Shown here: positions 21,367 through 32,899 of the stretch, piece after piece | How the letters are laid out: every line of letters starts with the position of its first letter | Numbering within the stretch: the stretch's first letter is position 1 | NCBI GenBank assembly: GCA_963662405.2 | Contig: CAXXKT010000001.1 | Coordinates: forward strand, 2,176,001-2,240,000 | Direction: 5' to 3' | DNA length: 64,000 nucleotides | DNA from: Syntrophales bacterium | GTDB lineage: Bacteria > Desulfobacterota > Syntrophia > Syntrophales > UBA2210 | The notes under the pieces: generated by a model | Databases searched by the model: none | What the model saw: only the letters and a program-made list of their open reading frames with translations | Told to the model about the DNA's origin: nothing | Position numbers and translations under genes: made by a program

Positions 21367-23895
21367 ATGGACACCGTTTCAAGAATTCTAATTGTTACAG
21401 GTAATCGCACAGCCGCCCTGGAGATCCAGAGTGTATTGGAGAAGAGGAGGTATGAAGTTTCTGTTGTCGTTTCTTCGGAAAAGCATGCTATAGAAAAGAT
21501 TGAAAAATTATCTCCCGATCTGGTCCTGATGGATACCGCTCTTGCGGGAGGAAACGGCGGTATCAAAGCGGCTGGTCATACTGACACCCGCTTCGACATC
21601 CCCGTCGTCTATATCACCGACGGTATCGATGAACCCACTCTCGAAGAGCTCAAACACTCGCAACCATTCGGTTGTATATTCAAACCATTCAAAGAGGAGG
21701 AACTGCAGGTTGCGATTGAGTTAGCCCTTCTCAAACACGCGGAAGAGAAACGCCTGCGTAGCAGTGAGAGGATGCTCCGCATGGTGGCAGACCATATGCA
21801 TGATATGGTCCGTCTGACCGATATGGAAGGGAATAACCTCTATTTCAGTCCATCGCACCAAGCGGTTCTGGGGTATACCGCGGAGGAGAGAATCGGCCGA
21901 TCCAACTTCGAACTGGTACACCCCGATGACCTTGAGATGGTATTGCAGGTTTTTACCGATGCACTTGCCAATGCGAGACCCGCAAGGGTTGAATACCGTG
22001 CCCGCCGAGCGGATGGACAGTACATCTGGGTGGAGACGATCGGTGATTTTGCATACGATGACAAGGGAAATGTGGCGGGGATAGTAATGAATACCCGCGA
22101 TGTTACCCAGCGCCGGGAAATGGAGGCGGCTCTCAGGGAGAGTGAGGAGCGGTACCGAACCATCATCGCGGAAATAGAAGACGGGTATTGGGAAGTCGAT
22201 CTCGCCGGCAGGTTCACCTTTCTCAATCAGGCGACCTGTGAAATGGCCGGTTTTTCGGGTGAAGAGCTGAGGGGGATGAGCAATCTCGACTATACGACCC
22301 CCGAGACCGCGAAGAGGTTGTATGAAACGTTTAACGAGGTGTATCGGACGGGTCAACCAGCTTCTCTTGGTGATTATGAGGTAATACGGAAAGATGGTAT
22401 TGGGAAGACCCTTGAGTTGAGTGTTTCCCTGATTAAGGACAAGACAGGTGATCCGGTCGGGTTTCGGGGCATCGCTCGCGATGTCACCGAGCGCCGGGCG
22501 ATGGAGAGAGCCCTACGGGAAAGCGAGGAAAGCTACCGGACCGTCCTCGAACTGTCTCCGGACGCAATCGTCATTGCCCGGCGGAAAGGATGGCGGTACG
22601 TGCAGGTCAATGAAGCCTTCTGCCGTCACACGGGGTACGCTGCCGAGGAAGCCATCGGTCGAACCGCCGAAGAATTGAATCTGTATGCCGACCTGGCGGA
22701 GGGAAACCGCCTCGTCGATATCATGATGCAAGAAGGGCGGGTGGATGGGTTTGAAATTCAGTTCCAAGCAAAAGACGGGACCATCCTGGATGACCTCGTA
22801 TCGGTGAGAACCGTCCGCTTTCGCGGCGAGACCTGTTTCCTGATAGTGGCCACGGTTGTCACCTCGCTCAAGGAGGCCCAGAAGGCACTCAGCCGGAGTG
22901 AGGAAAAATACCGGACCATTCTCGAGAGCATAGAGGATGGATACTGGGAAGTGGATGTTGCCGGGCGGTTTACCTTCTTCAACGACGCAGTACACCGCAT
23001 GGTAGGATATTCCCGGGAGGAACTCTCCGGGATGAGCAATCGTGATTATACCGATCCAAAGACGGCAAGAAGAATCTACACGATCTTCAACGAGGTGTAT
23101 CGGACCGGAAAACCCGCGAATATCGTCGATTATGAGGTAATCAAAAAAGACAAGAGCACAGCAGCACATGAAATGTCCGTTTCGCTGATGAGAGACAAAG
23201 AGGGCAACCCGGTCGGGTTCCGCGGCGTATCGAGGGATATTACCCCCCGCAAACGGGCGGAAGAGGAGATTCGGGCTCATCGTGAACACCTTGCCCTCAT
23301 CAACCAGATCCTCAGCCATGACCTCATGAACGATCTTTTAGCCGTCCACGGTAGTCTCACACTGTATGATCAGTCCCCTGAAAAAGATCTCTTGAAAGAC
23401 GCGTCGGACCGTGTAAAAAAGAGCATGGACCTCATCAGTCGAATGCGGGAACTTGAGGATTTTATCGCTTTCCATAAAGAGCTCAAGGTCTATCAGTTGC
23501 GGGATGTGGTCAACCGGGTTGCCGGAGGGTATCCTTCCCTTACATTTGTGATCAAGGGAAAGGCCCGGGTTATGGCCGATGACACGCTTTTCCCCCTTAT
23601 GAACAATATCGTCCATAATGCCGTGGTTCACGGAAACGCCGATCGAGTCGAGATTGGTATCAGGCGTGAAGGAAATCTCTGCGAGGTGCACATCGCCGAT
23701 AATGGATTGGGGGTTGCGGATGACATCAAGAAGGCGATCTTTGATAAGGGGTTCATGCACGGGACAAGCGGGCACACGGGTCTCGGCCTCAATATCGTCA
23801 AGAAGGCGATGGAGCGGTATGGCGGATATGTTTCCCTCGGGGACAACAAACCGCACGGGGCCGTCTTCACCCTTACCTTCAGGATGGTGGGATAA
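21367..23895 (+). CDS. Hybrid sensor histidine kinase (REC + 4 PAS/PAC + HisKA/HATPase)
   Basis: PDLVLMD receiver; repeated SEERYR PAS linkers; SHDL H-box; NAVVH, DNGLG, GLGL. Confidence 0.9.
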   Translation: MDTVSRILIVTGNRTAALEIQSVLEKRRYEVSVVVSSEKHAIEKIEKLSPDLVLMDTALAGGNGGIKAAGHTDTRFDIPVVYITDGIDEPTLEELKHSQPFGCIFKPFKEEELQVAIELALLKHAEEKRLRSSERMLRMVADHMHDMVRLTDMEGNNLYFSPSHQAVLGYTAEERIGRSNFELVHPDDLEMVLQVFTDALANARPARVEYRARRADGQYIWVETIGDFAYDDKGNVAGIVMNTRDVTQRREMEAALRESEERYRTIIAEIEDGYWEVDLAGRFTFLNQATCEMAGFSGEELRGMSNLDYTTPETAKRLYETFNEVYRTGQPASLGDYEVIRKDGIGKTLELSVSLIKDKTGDPVGFRGIARDVTERRAMERALRESEESYRTVLELSPDAIVIARRKGWRYVQVNEAFCRHTGYAAEEAIGRTAEELNLYADLAEGNRLVDIMMQEGRVDGFEIQFQAKDGTILDDLVSVRTVRFRGETCFLIVATVVTSLKEAQKALSRSEEKYRTILESIEDGYWEVDVAGRFTFFNDAVHRMVGYSREELSGMSNRDYTDPKTARRIYTIFNEVYRTGKPANIVDYEVIKKDKSTAAHEMSVSLMRDKEGNPVGFRGVSRDITPRKRAEEEIRAHREHLALINQILSHDLMNDLLAVHGSLTLYDQSPEKDLLKDASDRVKKSMDLISRMRELEDFIAFHKELKVYQLRDVVNRVAGGYPSLTFVIKGKARVMADDTLFPLMNNIVHNAVVHGNADRVEIGIRREGNLCEVHIADNGLGVADDIKKAIFDKGFMHGTSGHTGLGLNIVKKAMERYGGYVSLGDNKPHGAVFTLTFRMVG

Positions 23896-24035
23896 TAATG
23901 GGAACCGCACGGTACGGGTTTCCTCTCCGCAGGGAAGCATTTCCCGGGCGTGACCTTATTCCTTGACAAAAAATATCCTTTTTCTATATCTTGACGTGGA
24001 CGAGTTGGAATGGTTGATGGAAGAAGGGAGTGGGT

Positions 24036-25118
24036 ATGGCAAAGATAGACGCATTTTTTAAACTGATGAGCGAGCAGGGGGCATCTGACCTCCATCTTAT
24101 CTCCGGACAGCAGCCCGCCCTCAGGATCAGGGGCGAAATAGAACGGGTTAAATATTCCCCGCTGGAGAGCGACGCGCTCAAGGCGATGCTCTACGAGATA
24201 ACGCCGGAGCACAAGATCAAGCAGTTCGAAGAGACCGGTGATGTCGATTTCGCCTACGAGATCCCCACCCTCGCGCGATACCGTGCCAACTTCTTTCAGC
24301 AGAATGCGGGCGTTGCCGCCGTCTTTCGGGAGATCCCCAGCAGGATACTGACAACCACGCAGCTGGGCCTTCCCCCCGTGACCGCCAAACTTGCGTCACT
24401 TCCGCGCGGGCTTGTTCTTGTGACCGGTCCGACCGGCAGCGGCAAATCCACGACCCTGGCCGCCATTATCGATGAGGCGAACCGGATACGGAAGGACCAC
24501 ATCATCACCATCGAAGACCCCATAGAATTCGTTCACGAGAGCAAGGGGTGCATCGTCAACCAACGGGAGGTGGGGATGCACACCAAGTCATTCGCCGCCG
24601 CCCTCCGCGGTGCCCTCAGGGAAGACCCCGATATCATACTGGTGGGGGAACTGAGAGACCTGGAGACCATCTCCCTCGCCATCGAGGCGGCATCGACGGG
24701 GCATCTTGTTTTCGGGACCGTTCACACATCGAGCGCGCCGAAGACGATAGACCGTCTGATCGAGGTATTCCCCGCCAGCGAACAGATGCAGATACGGTCA
24801 ACCCTGGCCGACGGCATACGCGCGGTCCTCTCGCAGGTCCTCTTCAAGCGGGTCGATAAACCGGCCCGTTGCCCGGCCCTTGAAATCATGATCGCCACCC
24901 CGGCCGTGCGGAATCTGATCCGGGAATCCAAGACCTACCAGATCCCCTCCATGATTCAGACGGGCAGGAAATACGGGATGCAACTCCTCGACGATTCCAT
25001 CATGGAACTTCTCCAGAAGGGATGGATCGGGACCGAGGATGCCTATATCAAGGCAAACGACAAAACAAAATTCAGGGCCTTGCTCAAGACCTCTCCCGCC
25101 GACTTTACCGAGGTATAA
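24036..25118 (+). CDS. pilT: Type IV pilus retraction ATPase
   Basis: GASDLH, GPTGSGKST, TIEDPIE, ALREDPD, AVRNLIRE. Confidence 0.93.
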   Translation: MAKIDAFFKLMSEQGASDLHLISGQQPALRIRGEIERVKYSPLESDALKAMLYEITPEHKIKQFEETGDVDFAYEIPTLARYRANFFQQNAGVAAVFREIPSRILTTTQLGLPPVTAKLASLPRGLVLVTGPTGSGKSTTLAAIIDEANRIRKDHIITIEDPIEFVHESKGCIVNQREVGMHTKSFAAALRGALREDPDIILVGELRDLETISLAIEAASTGHLVFGTVHTSSAPKTIDRLIEVFPASEQMQIRSTLADGIRAVLSQVLFKRVDKPARCPALEIMIATPAVRNLIRESKTYQIPSMIQTGRKYGMQLLDDSIMELLQKGWIGTEDAYIKANDKTKFRALLKTSPADFTEV

Positions 25119-25181
25119 CAGGAAGAGGACCGGTGCCGTGAAAAGGATGAAAAACGTACCAACCGCACAAAGAGGGACGCC

Positions 25182-26363
25182 ATGAGAAAGCAGGAAATCG
25201 ATTATCTCCTCGCGCACATGCTCGACTCTCACGACGATATCTCCGATCTGAACATCACCGTGGGAAAACCGTTCCAGGTGGAGAGTTCCGGTGAGTTGAA
25301 GACCGTTTCCACTGGTTTCACCAAACAGGAGATCACCCCTTTTCAAGCCGAGATCTTTGCGCTGAATCTGATCAATCGTGATCGTGCCCTGGCCAGGGCG
25401 CTGATCGAAAACGGATATTGCGACACGTCTTACGAACTCCAGGGACGGGCGCGATTCAGGGTGAACGTCTTTTCACGGGGCGAAACCTATTCCACCGTTC
25501 TCCGGAAACTGGAAGACAGGATTCCCACCTGCGAAGAACTGGGATTGCCCGTGATCCTCTCCGACATTGCCCAGGAAAAAGAGGGATTCGTCCTCTTTAC
25601 CGGTGCCACGGGAACGGGGAAGACCACCTCCCTGGCCGCCATCCTGGGTGAGATCAACGAGGAGAAGCCCGTTCACGTGATCACCCTCGAAGACCCCGTA
25701 GAATATCGTCATACCCACAAGACCGCGACCTTCAACCAGCGCGAACTCGGTATCGACTTTACCACCTTTGCGGACGGCCTCCGCGCCGCGCTCAGGCAGG
25801 CCCCCAAGGTGATCCTGGTGGGAGAGATGCGGGACCGTGACACCATGGAAATCGGCATCAGCGCCGCCGAGACCGGCCACCTTGTCTTCAGTTCCCTCCA
25901 TACAATGAATGCGGGACAGACGATCAATCGTATCGTGGGTATGTTCCCCCGGGACGAGCAGATGCAGATCAGGGCGCGTCTGGCCGATACGGTGCGGTGG
26001 ATTATCTGTCAGCGGCTCCTCCCCCGGATCGGGGGAGGGCGAATCGCCGCGTTCGAGATCCTGAAAACCAATCTGCGGGTCAGGGATACCATCCTCCATG
26101 GGGAGAGCGAGGGGAAGACCTTCCAGGATATTATCGAGGCGGGACACGCCTTCGGGATGGTGACCTTCGACGAATATATCATCGGTCTGTACCGGGACGG
26201 GGTCATCACGGAGGAGACGGCCCTTTCGTATGCCACGACGCGCGGGGTCGTGGGACGCGGCATTGATTCCATCAAGAATGAAAAGGGCGAGGCAACGACG
26301 GAAATAGAAACCCTTGAGGTGGATTGGGGAAGGAGTAAGCATGGACCGGACAAAATCCGCTGA
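25182..26363 (+). CDS. pilU: PilT/PilU family retraction ATPase paralog
   Basis: GATGTGKT, TLEDPVE, ALRQAP, GEMRD; adjacent to pilT. Confidence 0.8.
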   Translation: MRKQEIDYLLAHMLDSHDDISDLNITVGKPFQVESSGELKTVSTGFTKQEITPFQAEIFALNLINRDRALARALIENGYCDTSYELQGRARFRVNVFSRGETYSTVLRKLEDRIPTCEELGLPVILSDIAQEKEGFVLFTGATGTGKTTSLAAILGEINEEKPVHVITLEDPVEYRHTHKTATFNQRELGIDFTTFADGLRAALRQAPKVILVGEMRDRDTMEIGISAAETGHLVFSSLHTMNAGQTINRIVGMFPRDEQMQIRARLADTVRWIICQRLLPRIGGGRIAAFEILKTNLRVRDTILHGESEGKTFQDIIEAGHAFGMVTFDEYIIGLYRDGVITEETALSYATTRGVVGRGIDSIKNEKGEATTEIETLEVDWGRSKHGPDKIR

Positions 26364-26829
26364 CACCATAGCGTACAACGCCGGCGATAAACCCTTCGAT
26401 TTTGTCGAAGAAGGAAGGAAAACGGCCCTCGTCTGCGAGTCCAATGATGTCGTGAGGGACAAACTGATCGCCGCCCTTGAGGGGATCGGATATTACGTAA
26501 CGAAGGGGACCGCCACTCCCAGCGCCCTGCGGCGTATACGGGTCCACGTCTATGACGTGATCATAGTGGGAGACAATTACGATGAGGGAGGGATCCTGGA
26601 ATATCTCCGGAACCTCGCCATGGGGGTCCGGAGAAACATCTTCGTGATCTTTCTGAGCGACACCATCCGGACGATGGACAACATGGCCGCCTTCGGGATG
26701 AGCGTCAATCTCGTCATCAATCGCGAGAATATCGACGACGCCGATGTAATCATCCAGAACGGTATCGCCGACAACGCCGCCTTTTACCGGCCCTTCAAAG
26801 AGGCCATGAAAGAGACGGGGCGGCGGTAG
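26341..26829 (+). CDS. Hypothetical protein, receiver-like
   Basis: Coupled to pilU; beta/alpha pattern (TALVCE...YDVIIVG). Confidence 0.6.
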   Translation: MDRTKSADTIAYNAGDKPFDFVEEGRKTALVCESNDVVRDKLIAALEGIGYYVTKGTATPSALRRIRVHVYDVIIVGDNYDEGGILEYLRNLAMGVRRNIFVIFLSDTIRTMDNMAAFGMSVNLVINRENIDDADVIIQNGIADNAAFYRPFKEAMKETGRR

Positions 26830-26835
26830 GGCCAA

Positions 26836-27453
26836 TCACTTTTTCGACGACGCCAGGTACCCCCGTGCCAGGGCGGTGTTGACGTGGATGACGCCGCGAT
26901 TCATGTCCTTCATCGGGTAGTCGTCCGTGACGGCGGGAAGTCTGTCCGCGTCCTCCTGGGTCTTGATCACCGAACCGGCGGGGACATACCGGCGGTCCGA
27001 GACGGTCACCCCCATGAGAATGCAGCCGGGTTCGATCACGCACCCCGTCCCCACCCGTGATTTGAATATCAGCGTTTTCATCCCCACAAAGGTATCGCCC
27101 ATGACCACGGCCGGGCCGTGGATCTGGGCCTGGTGGGCGAGGGAGACCCTCTTCCCCACGTAGACGGCATATGGTTTTCCGTCCACTTCGTACCGGTTGG
27201 TCGCGACCGGTCTTCCGTTCTCCTCCGTTTCCAAGGCGTGGATAATGACGCCGTCCTGGACGTTGGAGTCGTCTCCTATGAAGAGGGGTTGTCCCTCGTC
27301 GCCGCGGATGGAGGCCATGGGGGATACCATGATGTTCTTCCCGAGGATGACCCTTCCGATGACGGATGCCTGGGGGTGGACATAGGTGGAAGGGTCGATC
27401 CGCGGTCGCGACACCTCGTTGCAAAAGTCGGTCAGGACATTCTCTCCTATCAT
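26836..27453 (-). CDS. Gamma-class carbonic anhydrase
   Basis: Hexapeptide repeats; SIRGDEG, NVQDGVIIH, LAHQAQIHGP. Confidence 0.88.
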   Translation of the reverse strand: MIGENVLTDFCNEVSRPRIDPSTYVHPQASVIGRVILGKNIMVSPMASIRGDEGQPLFIGDDSNVQDGVIIHALETEENGRPVATNRYEVDGKPYAVYVGKRVSLAHQAQIHGPAVVMGDTFVGMKTLIFKSRVGTGCVIEPGCILMGVTVSDRRYVPAGSVIKTQEDADRLPAVTDDYPMKDMNRGVIHVNTALARGYLASSKK

Positions 27454-27457
27454 CGGT

Positions 27458-28069
27458 TTATATTCCCTTCTCTCTTGTGACAAGCTCTTGCCAGACTTCT
27501 TCGACGATTGCCTCCGTCTCCGCCAGGGTCCCTTCGTTTCTGATGACGAAATCGGCGTAGGGGATCTTGTCGGCCAGGGGCATCTGGGACCGGAGGCGAT
27601 CCTCGGCCTCCTCGGTGGTATAGCCGTTTCTCTCCATGATCCGTTCTATCTGCACTGCGGGGGATACGTAAACGAGGATCACGATGTCCATCCGTTCGTG
27701 CCAGCCGGTCTCTATCAGGAGGGGGATGTCCGATATGACGATGGCCTGAGCGTCTTTTCGGACGATTTCTTCAAAACGGCGGCACCACTCATCGAAAACG
27801 GCGGGGTGGACGATGCGGTTCAGCTCTTCCCGCTTCGCGCTGTCACGGAAGACGATGGCCCCCAGCGCCTCCCGGTCGATCGTTCCCTCCGGGGTCAGGA
27901 TGTCCTGCCCGAAGCGCTCGACGATCCCCTGCCAGGCGGCCCTGCCCGGTTCTTCCACTTCGTGGGCGATCCGATCGAGGTCGAGGATAGAGGCCCCCCT
28001 TTCCCTGAAAAGGTTGGAGACGGTCGATTTGCCGCTCCCGATTCCGCCTGTCAGTCCGATGTGTATCAT
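27458..28069 (-). CDS. coaE: Dephospho-CoA kinase
   Basis: GLTGGIGSGKST, IVHP, DIPLLIE. Confidence 0.95.
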   Translation of the reverse strand: MIHIGLTGGIGSGKSTVSNLFRERGASILDLDRIAHEVEEPGRAAWQGIVERFGQDILTPEGTIDREALGAIVFRDSAKREELNRIVHPAVFDEWCRRFEEIVRKDAQAIVISDIPLLIETGWHERMDIVILVYVSPAVQIERIMERNGYTTEEAEDRLRSQMPLADKIPYADFVIRNEGTLAETEAIVEEVWQELVTREKGI

Positions 28070-28169
28070 GGGATGCTTCTAGCACAGGGTCGCCCTTCCA
28101 TCAAACAGAAATTGGAGGCTTGACAAGATCAAAAGGAATCATTACTTATACAGGAAATCGGAGGAAGAT

Positions 28170-28508
28170 ATGACGGTAAAGAATTTGTTGAGACACGCCG
28201 AACGATTCGAGGTGGATACGTATAAGCCCCGCGACTTCAGGGAAAACCATGTCTCGTTCATGGGGGCCCCGGAGAAGCATCCCTACGCGGCCGATAAGAT
28301 TATCCTGATCCAGGATCCCTTCAGCACGAACATCTCGTACTATGAGTTCGCCGCCGCCGATGTCGTCGGCGTGGAAGAACTGCCCAGTCTCGTCTCCGCT
28401 GAGGGGACGTCCGTCAAGATGTGCCGTGTCTGGGTGAGAAAGGGAAGCATCGGGGTTCGTGCCACGCCCTTTGTTGTCGAGGACACTGCCCCGCTAGAGC
28501 GGGGATAG
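28170..28508 (+). CDS. Conserved hypothetical protein
   Basis: GGAGG RBS; upstream TTGACA; host-like codon usage. Confidence 0.7.
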   Translation: MTVKNLLRHAERFEVDTYKPRDFRENHVSFMGAPEKHPYAADKIILIQDPFSTNISYYEFAAADVVGVEELPSLVSAEGTSVKMCRVWVRKGSIGVRATPFVVEDTAPLERG

Positions 28509-28536
28509 GTCGCTTCTTCCGACTCAGTCTTTCCCG

Positions 28537-29595
28537 TTAGGCGCCGTACTGCTCCGATATCCAGGACTGGTACTCGTTGCTCTGGACGCGCCGCACCCAC
28601 TCGGGGTTTTCCAGGTACCAGGAGACCGTCTTCCTGATTCCCGATTCGAATGATTCCGATGGGCTCCACCCCAGTTCCCCGTGCAGTTTCGAGAAGTCGA
28701 TGGCGTAGCGGCGATCATGGCCGGGGCGGTCCTTGACGAAGGTGATCAGTTCCCGCCGGGGGGCGCCCGTATCGAGGAGGCCCTTTTCGTCGAGGATGTC
28801 GCAGATCATCTCCACGATCGTGATGTTCTCCATCTCCATATTGCCGCCGATGTTGTACGTCTCGCCCCTCCTCCCCGACCGCATGATGGTCCAGATGGCG
28901 TCGCAGTGATCTTCCACGTAGAGCCAGTCCCTGACATTCTTGCCGTCGCCGTAGACGGGGAGCTTCTTCCCCTCTGTGGCATTCAGGACGATCAACGGGA
29001 TCAGCTTTTCAGGGAACTGATAGGGGCCGTAGTTGTTGGAGCAGTTGGAGACGGTTACGGGAAGGCCGTAGGTCGTGCCGTAGGCCCGCACCAGGTGATC
29101 GGACGAGGCCTTCGCCGCGGAGTAGGGGCTGTTGGGACGATAGGGCATGGTCTCCGTGAAGAGGCCCTCGGGACCGAGGCTCCCGTACACCTCGTCGGTG
29201 CTGATATGGTGGAAGAGGGTGAAGGCTCCCTCGCGCGCACGGGCCGCCTCCAGGAGGTTGAAGGTGCCCACGATGTTCGTGTAGATGAAGGTGCCGGGGT
29301 CCTTGATCGAACGGTCCACGTGCGATTCGGCGGCAAAGTGGCAGACCGCGTCGATCCCGTGGCGGGAGAATATCTCGTTGATTCCTTCGCGGTCGCAGAT
29401 ATCGGCCCGCTCGAAGAGGTATCGTCCCGGATATTCGGCCTCTATTCCCGCGAGGTTGTCCGGATTCCCGGCATAGGTCAGTGTGTCCACGTTGATGATC
29501 TTTCCCGTGAAATCGTCTCTCCCCAGGAGATACCGTATGAAGTTGCTTCCGATAAATCCGCACCCGCCCGTGACCATGAGATTTTGAATGTTCAT
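28537..29595 (-). CDS. rmlB: dTDP-glucose 4,6-dehydratase
   Basis: [41 protein letters not shown]. Confidence 0.96.
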   Translation of the reverse strand: MNIQNLMVTGGCGFIGSNFIRYLLGRDDFTGKIINVDTLTYAGNPDNLAGIEAEYPGRYLFERADICDREGINEIFSRHGIDAVCHFAAESHVDRSIKDPGTFIYTNIVGTFNLLEAARAREGAFTLFHHISTDEVYGSLGPEGLFTETMPYRPNSPYSAAKASSDHLVRAYGTTYGLPVTVSNCSNNYGPYQFPEKLIPLIVLNATEGKKLPVYGDGKNVRDWLYVEDHCDAIWTIMRSGRRGETYNIGGNMEMENITIVEMICDILDEKGLLDTGAPRRELITFVKDRPGHDRRYAIDFSKLHGELGWSPSESFESGIRKTVSWYLENPEWVRRVQSNEYQSWISEQYGA

Positions 29596-29805
29596 TCGTT
29601 TTGACCCGGCCCCTCTTGTTTTTTCGGTATGACTATCGCAAGTCCCGTCGGCTGTCAATCAAAATGCCCGAGCGCCCTGAGGCGGTTGTAAGAAATTTGG
29701 TATCCTTTATGGATTTACTTCTGATGCATCCTGGTGTAGTATTGCAAACATGCTTGTCTGGAACAAAATCATCTGAAAACATACAGAATATCCGAGGTGT
29801 CGCTT

Positions 29806-30657
29806 ATGAAAAAAACGGGGTGGGTCGTTCTTGCCGTTGTCGGAGTGGTTCTGGCTGCTTTTCTGATTTTTTTCTTTAAAGACTCCTTATTCCCGGGCGC
29901 GAAGACCACTGCGGTTAAAAAACAGACAGAGGCGGTTTCAGAACAATCCGAGCCCCCCCGCGATGAGATCGTCCGAAAAAAGATACCGGTTTCACCACGG
30001 GAGGAACCGGCATCCAGCCCACGAGCCGTGAAGGAAATTACCCGTGATATCCTGCAGGAACGCGTGGAAGGATTCTTTTCTTATCTCGATCGACAGGAAT
30101 ACATCCAGGCATACGGGCTTCCCGAGGGGACCTATCAGTACTTCCTGGATAGTACCGCTGACCTTGCTTCCCGTCCCCCCGTTGTATCGGGCGAGATGGA
30201 TGATCTCTCTCTCCTGAGGAGCAACATGGCTCATTTCTTCCGTGTCGTCGGAAGAAACGATATCCGGCTGGTCCTGGACGTCCTCTCCCACGAGAGGGAA
30301 GGGATCGAGGATGACATGGCGATCCTGTTCGAGTGGGGGATGAGGGAGGCGCAGAAGGAGGAAGGCGCAATCGAGGCCGATATGAATACGCTGTATGAGT
30401 ACTCGGTCTTTTTCCTCAATACGGTCGGAGGAAAGGCGTATCTCCTGAGGCGGGAATCACGGATCCGGATCCTTCTCACTTACTATGCCATCCTGATCCT
30501 TGACAGGGCGCATGAGCAGCACCTGAATCGTCATGGTGTTGATATCTCACCCCATCTCACCCTCCTGATGAATGATATCAAACGGTACAAGGGGTTGGAT
30601 CGCAAGGCGCGATACCTTGAGCAATTAAACGCGGTAGCGAGGCGGCATCAACGGTAA
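29806..30657 (+). CDS. Hypothetical membrane-anchored protein
   Basis: N-terminal TM helix; long ORF. Confidence 0.7.
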   Translation: MKKTGWVVLAVVGVVLAAFLIFFFKDSLFPGAKTTAVKKQTEAVSEQSEPPRDEIVRKKIPVSPREEPASSPRAVKEITRDILQERVEGFFSYLDRQEYIQAYGLPEGTYQYFLDSTADLASRPPVVSGEMDDLSLLRSNMAHFFRVVGRNDIRLVLDVLSHEREGIEDDMAILFEWGMREAQKEEGAIEADMNTLYEYSVFFLNTVGGKAYLLRRESRIRILLTYYAILILDRAHEQHLNRHGVDISPHLTLLMNDIKRYKGLDRKARYLEQLNAVARRHQR

Positions 30658-30702
30658 CAAGACGGGTCCGGGCTGACCATCAGCATGGATCTTCTCCCGT
30701 CC

Positions 30703-31878
30703 CTAGGAAAGAATCCCCTTGTGTCTCCGGTACCAGATATTGGGAAACATCCGGTACAGGATCTTGGAAGGGGTGCCGATATATTCCTTGTTCCGTTTGT
30801 CGAACTGGCATGCCTGTATGATCTGTTCCCGGATTTCATCCCGGCTGGTCACTTCGTGAAATACCTTGTAGGCGCAGTGAAACAGCGGGCTGTACATATT
30901 TTTCTTTTCCAGGTACCGGTGCACGTTCTTAATCGTGTTGGGCCCTTCCGGAGTCCCGTCGATTTTTTTCCTGGACCTGATATCCGTTTCGATGGGATTG
31001 CCGTCGAACAGCTCGTAAAAATAACCGCCATACCGGTAATTCTTGCTGGCCTCCGATGAGAGGGTGACGTACATGTCGCCGACCCCCGCCTGGCTGTGAA
31101 ATGACTGGAAACTTCCCCCCAGCAGTTTTGACAGGGAGCGGACCTCCACCCCTGATCGCGCGAAGATCGTGCCGGGGAAAGAGCTGCCCAGTTTCAACTG
31201 GTCGGATACCCCTTTGATGTTTGCGACGATATTCTTCAGGGCGCCGCACGATTCGATCCCCACCATGTCGAAGTTATAGTAAGAGGTCAGTTCCCGGCGA
31301 TTCAGCTTGAGGAAGTTGTCAATAAAGACCTGGGCTACATGTCGTTCCCCCGCCGTCGTCACGCAGACCGGCCTCCCGGCGGCGATGTCGATGTCGAAGA
31401 AGGGGCCGCCGATGCAGACGATATTAAATTTATGTTTCAGGCCGAAGAGGTGGTTTTTGATCATCTGCGAGGGGGTGATTAACGTGCTGGTCTTCTCATC
31501 GGATGACAGCCCCTTGATCGCCGATACGAGGCAGGTCCTCCCGTTCTTTTTCGCGATCAGCGGCTTGATGTGGCTCAGCAGTTCACCGAGCCGGTTCATG
31601 GTTATCGAAAGGATAATGTAGTCGTGTTCATCGATCACCTTTTCCAGATCATTCGTTGCAACAACACCCGTCAGCCGGGGGACGTTATCAATACCACCCA
31701 GCATCGTTGCCAGATCGTCTGTCAGATGGAGAGGATTGAGATGGGTCCGGTTGATTTCGGTGCAGATCTCGGCGTCGTGGTAATAGATGGTCACCCCTTT
31801 CCCGTCGCGTCTGAACTTGTAGGCAAAGGATGTCCCGAGTCTTCCGGGGCCGATGATCGCCACTTTTGATGTGTCCAT
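30703..31878 (-). CDS. NAD(P)H-dependent glycerol-3-phosphate dehydrogenase-like protein
   Basis: GPGRLG Rossmann motif, GALKNIVA, AGVGDM; divergent (SKN in place of SRN). Confidence 0.75.
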   Translation of the reverse strand: MDTSKVAIIGPGRLGTSFAYKFRRDGKGVTIYYHDAEICTEINRTHLNPLHLTDDLATMLGGIDNVPRLTGVVATNDLEKVIDEHDYIILSITMNRLGELLSHIKPLIAKKNGRTCLVSAIKGLSSDEKTSTLITPSQMIKNHLFGLKHKFNIVCIGGPFFDIDIAAGRPVCVTTAGERHVAQVFIDNFLKLNRRELTSYYNFDMVGIESCGALKNIVANIKGVSDQLKLGSSFPGTIFARSGVEVRSLSKLLGGSFQSFHSQAGVGDMYVTLSSEASKNYRYGGYFYELFDGNPIETDIRSRKKIDGTPEGPNTIKNVHRYLEKKNMYSPLFHCAYKVFHEVTSRDEIREQIIQACQFDKRNKEYIGTPSKILYRMFPNIWYRRHKGILS

Positions 31879-32105
31879 GTCCTCTCCTTTATCGCGAAGG
31901 GGTACGATTCCGTCCGTGCGTGGCCCGGCTTCGCGAACTCATAACCCTTATCCGAAAACACTGGAGGATAATAGGATAGCGATCGTTTGTCAACATCCGA
32001 ACGATATCATTTCCGGTTCCGGTCGTTTGTGCTGTATAATTCACTATTGACAATCCGGGCCTCAGGAAGTAAAAGCACAGATCATGTGTTAGGAGAGAAT
32101 TTCGG

Positions 32106-32834
<729 letters not shown>

Positions 32835-32899
32835 CATTTGCCGGCTCCCCCCTCAGGGGGAGCGTTTTTTTAGTTTACTTTAACAAGGGAGGTTGTCCG

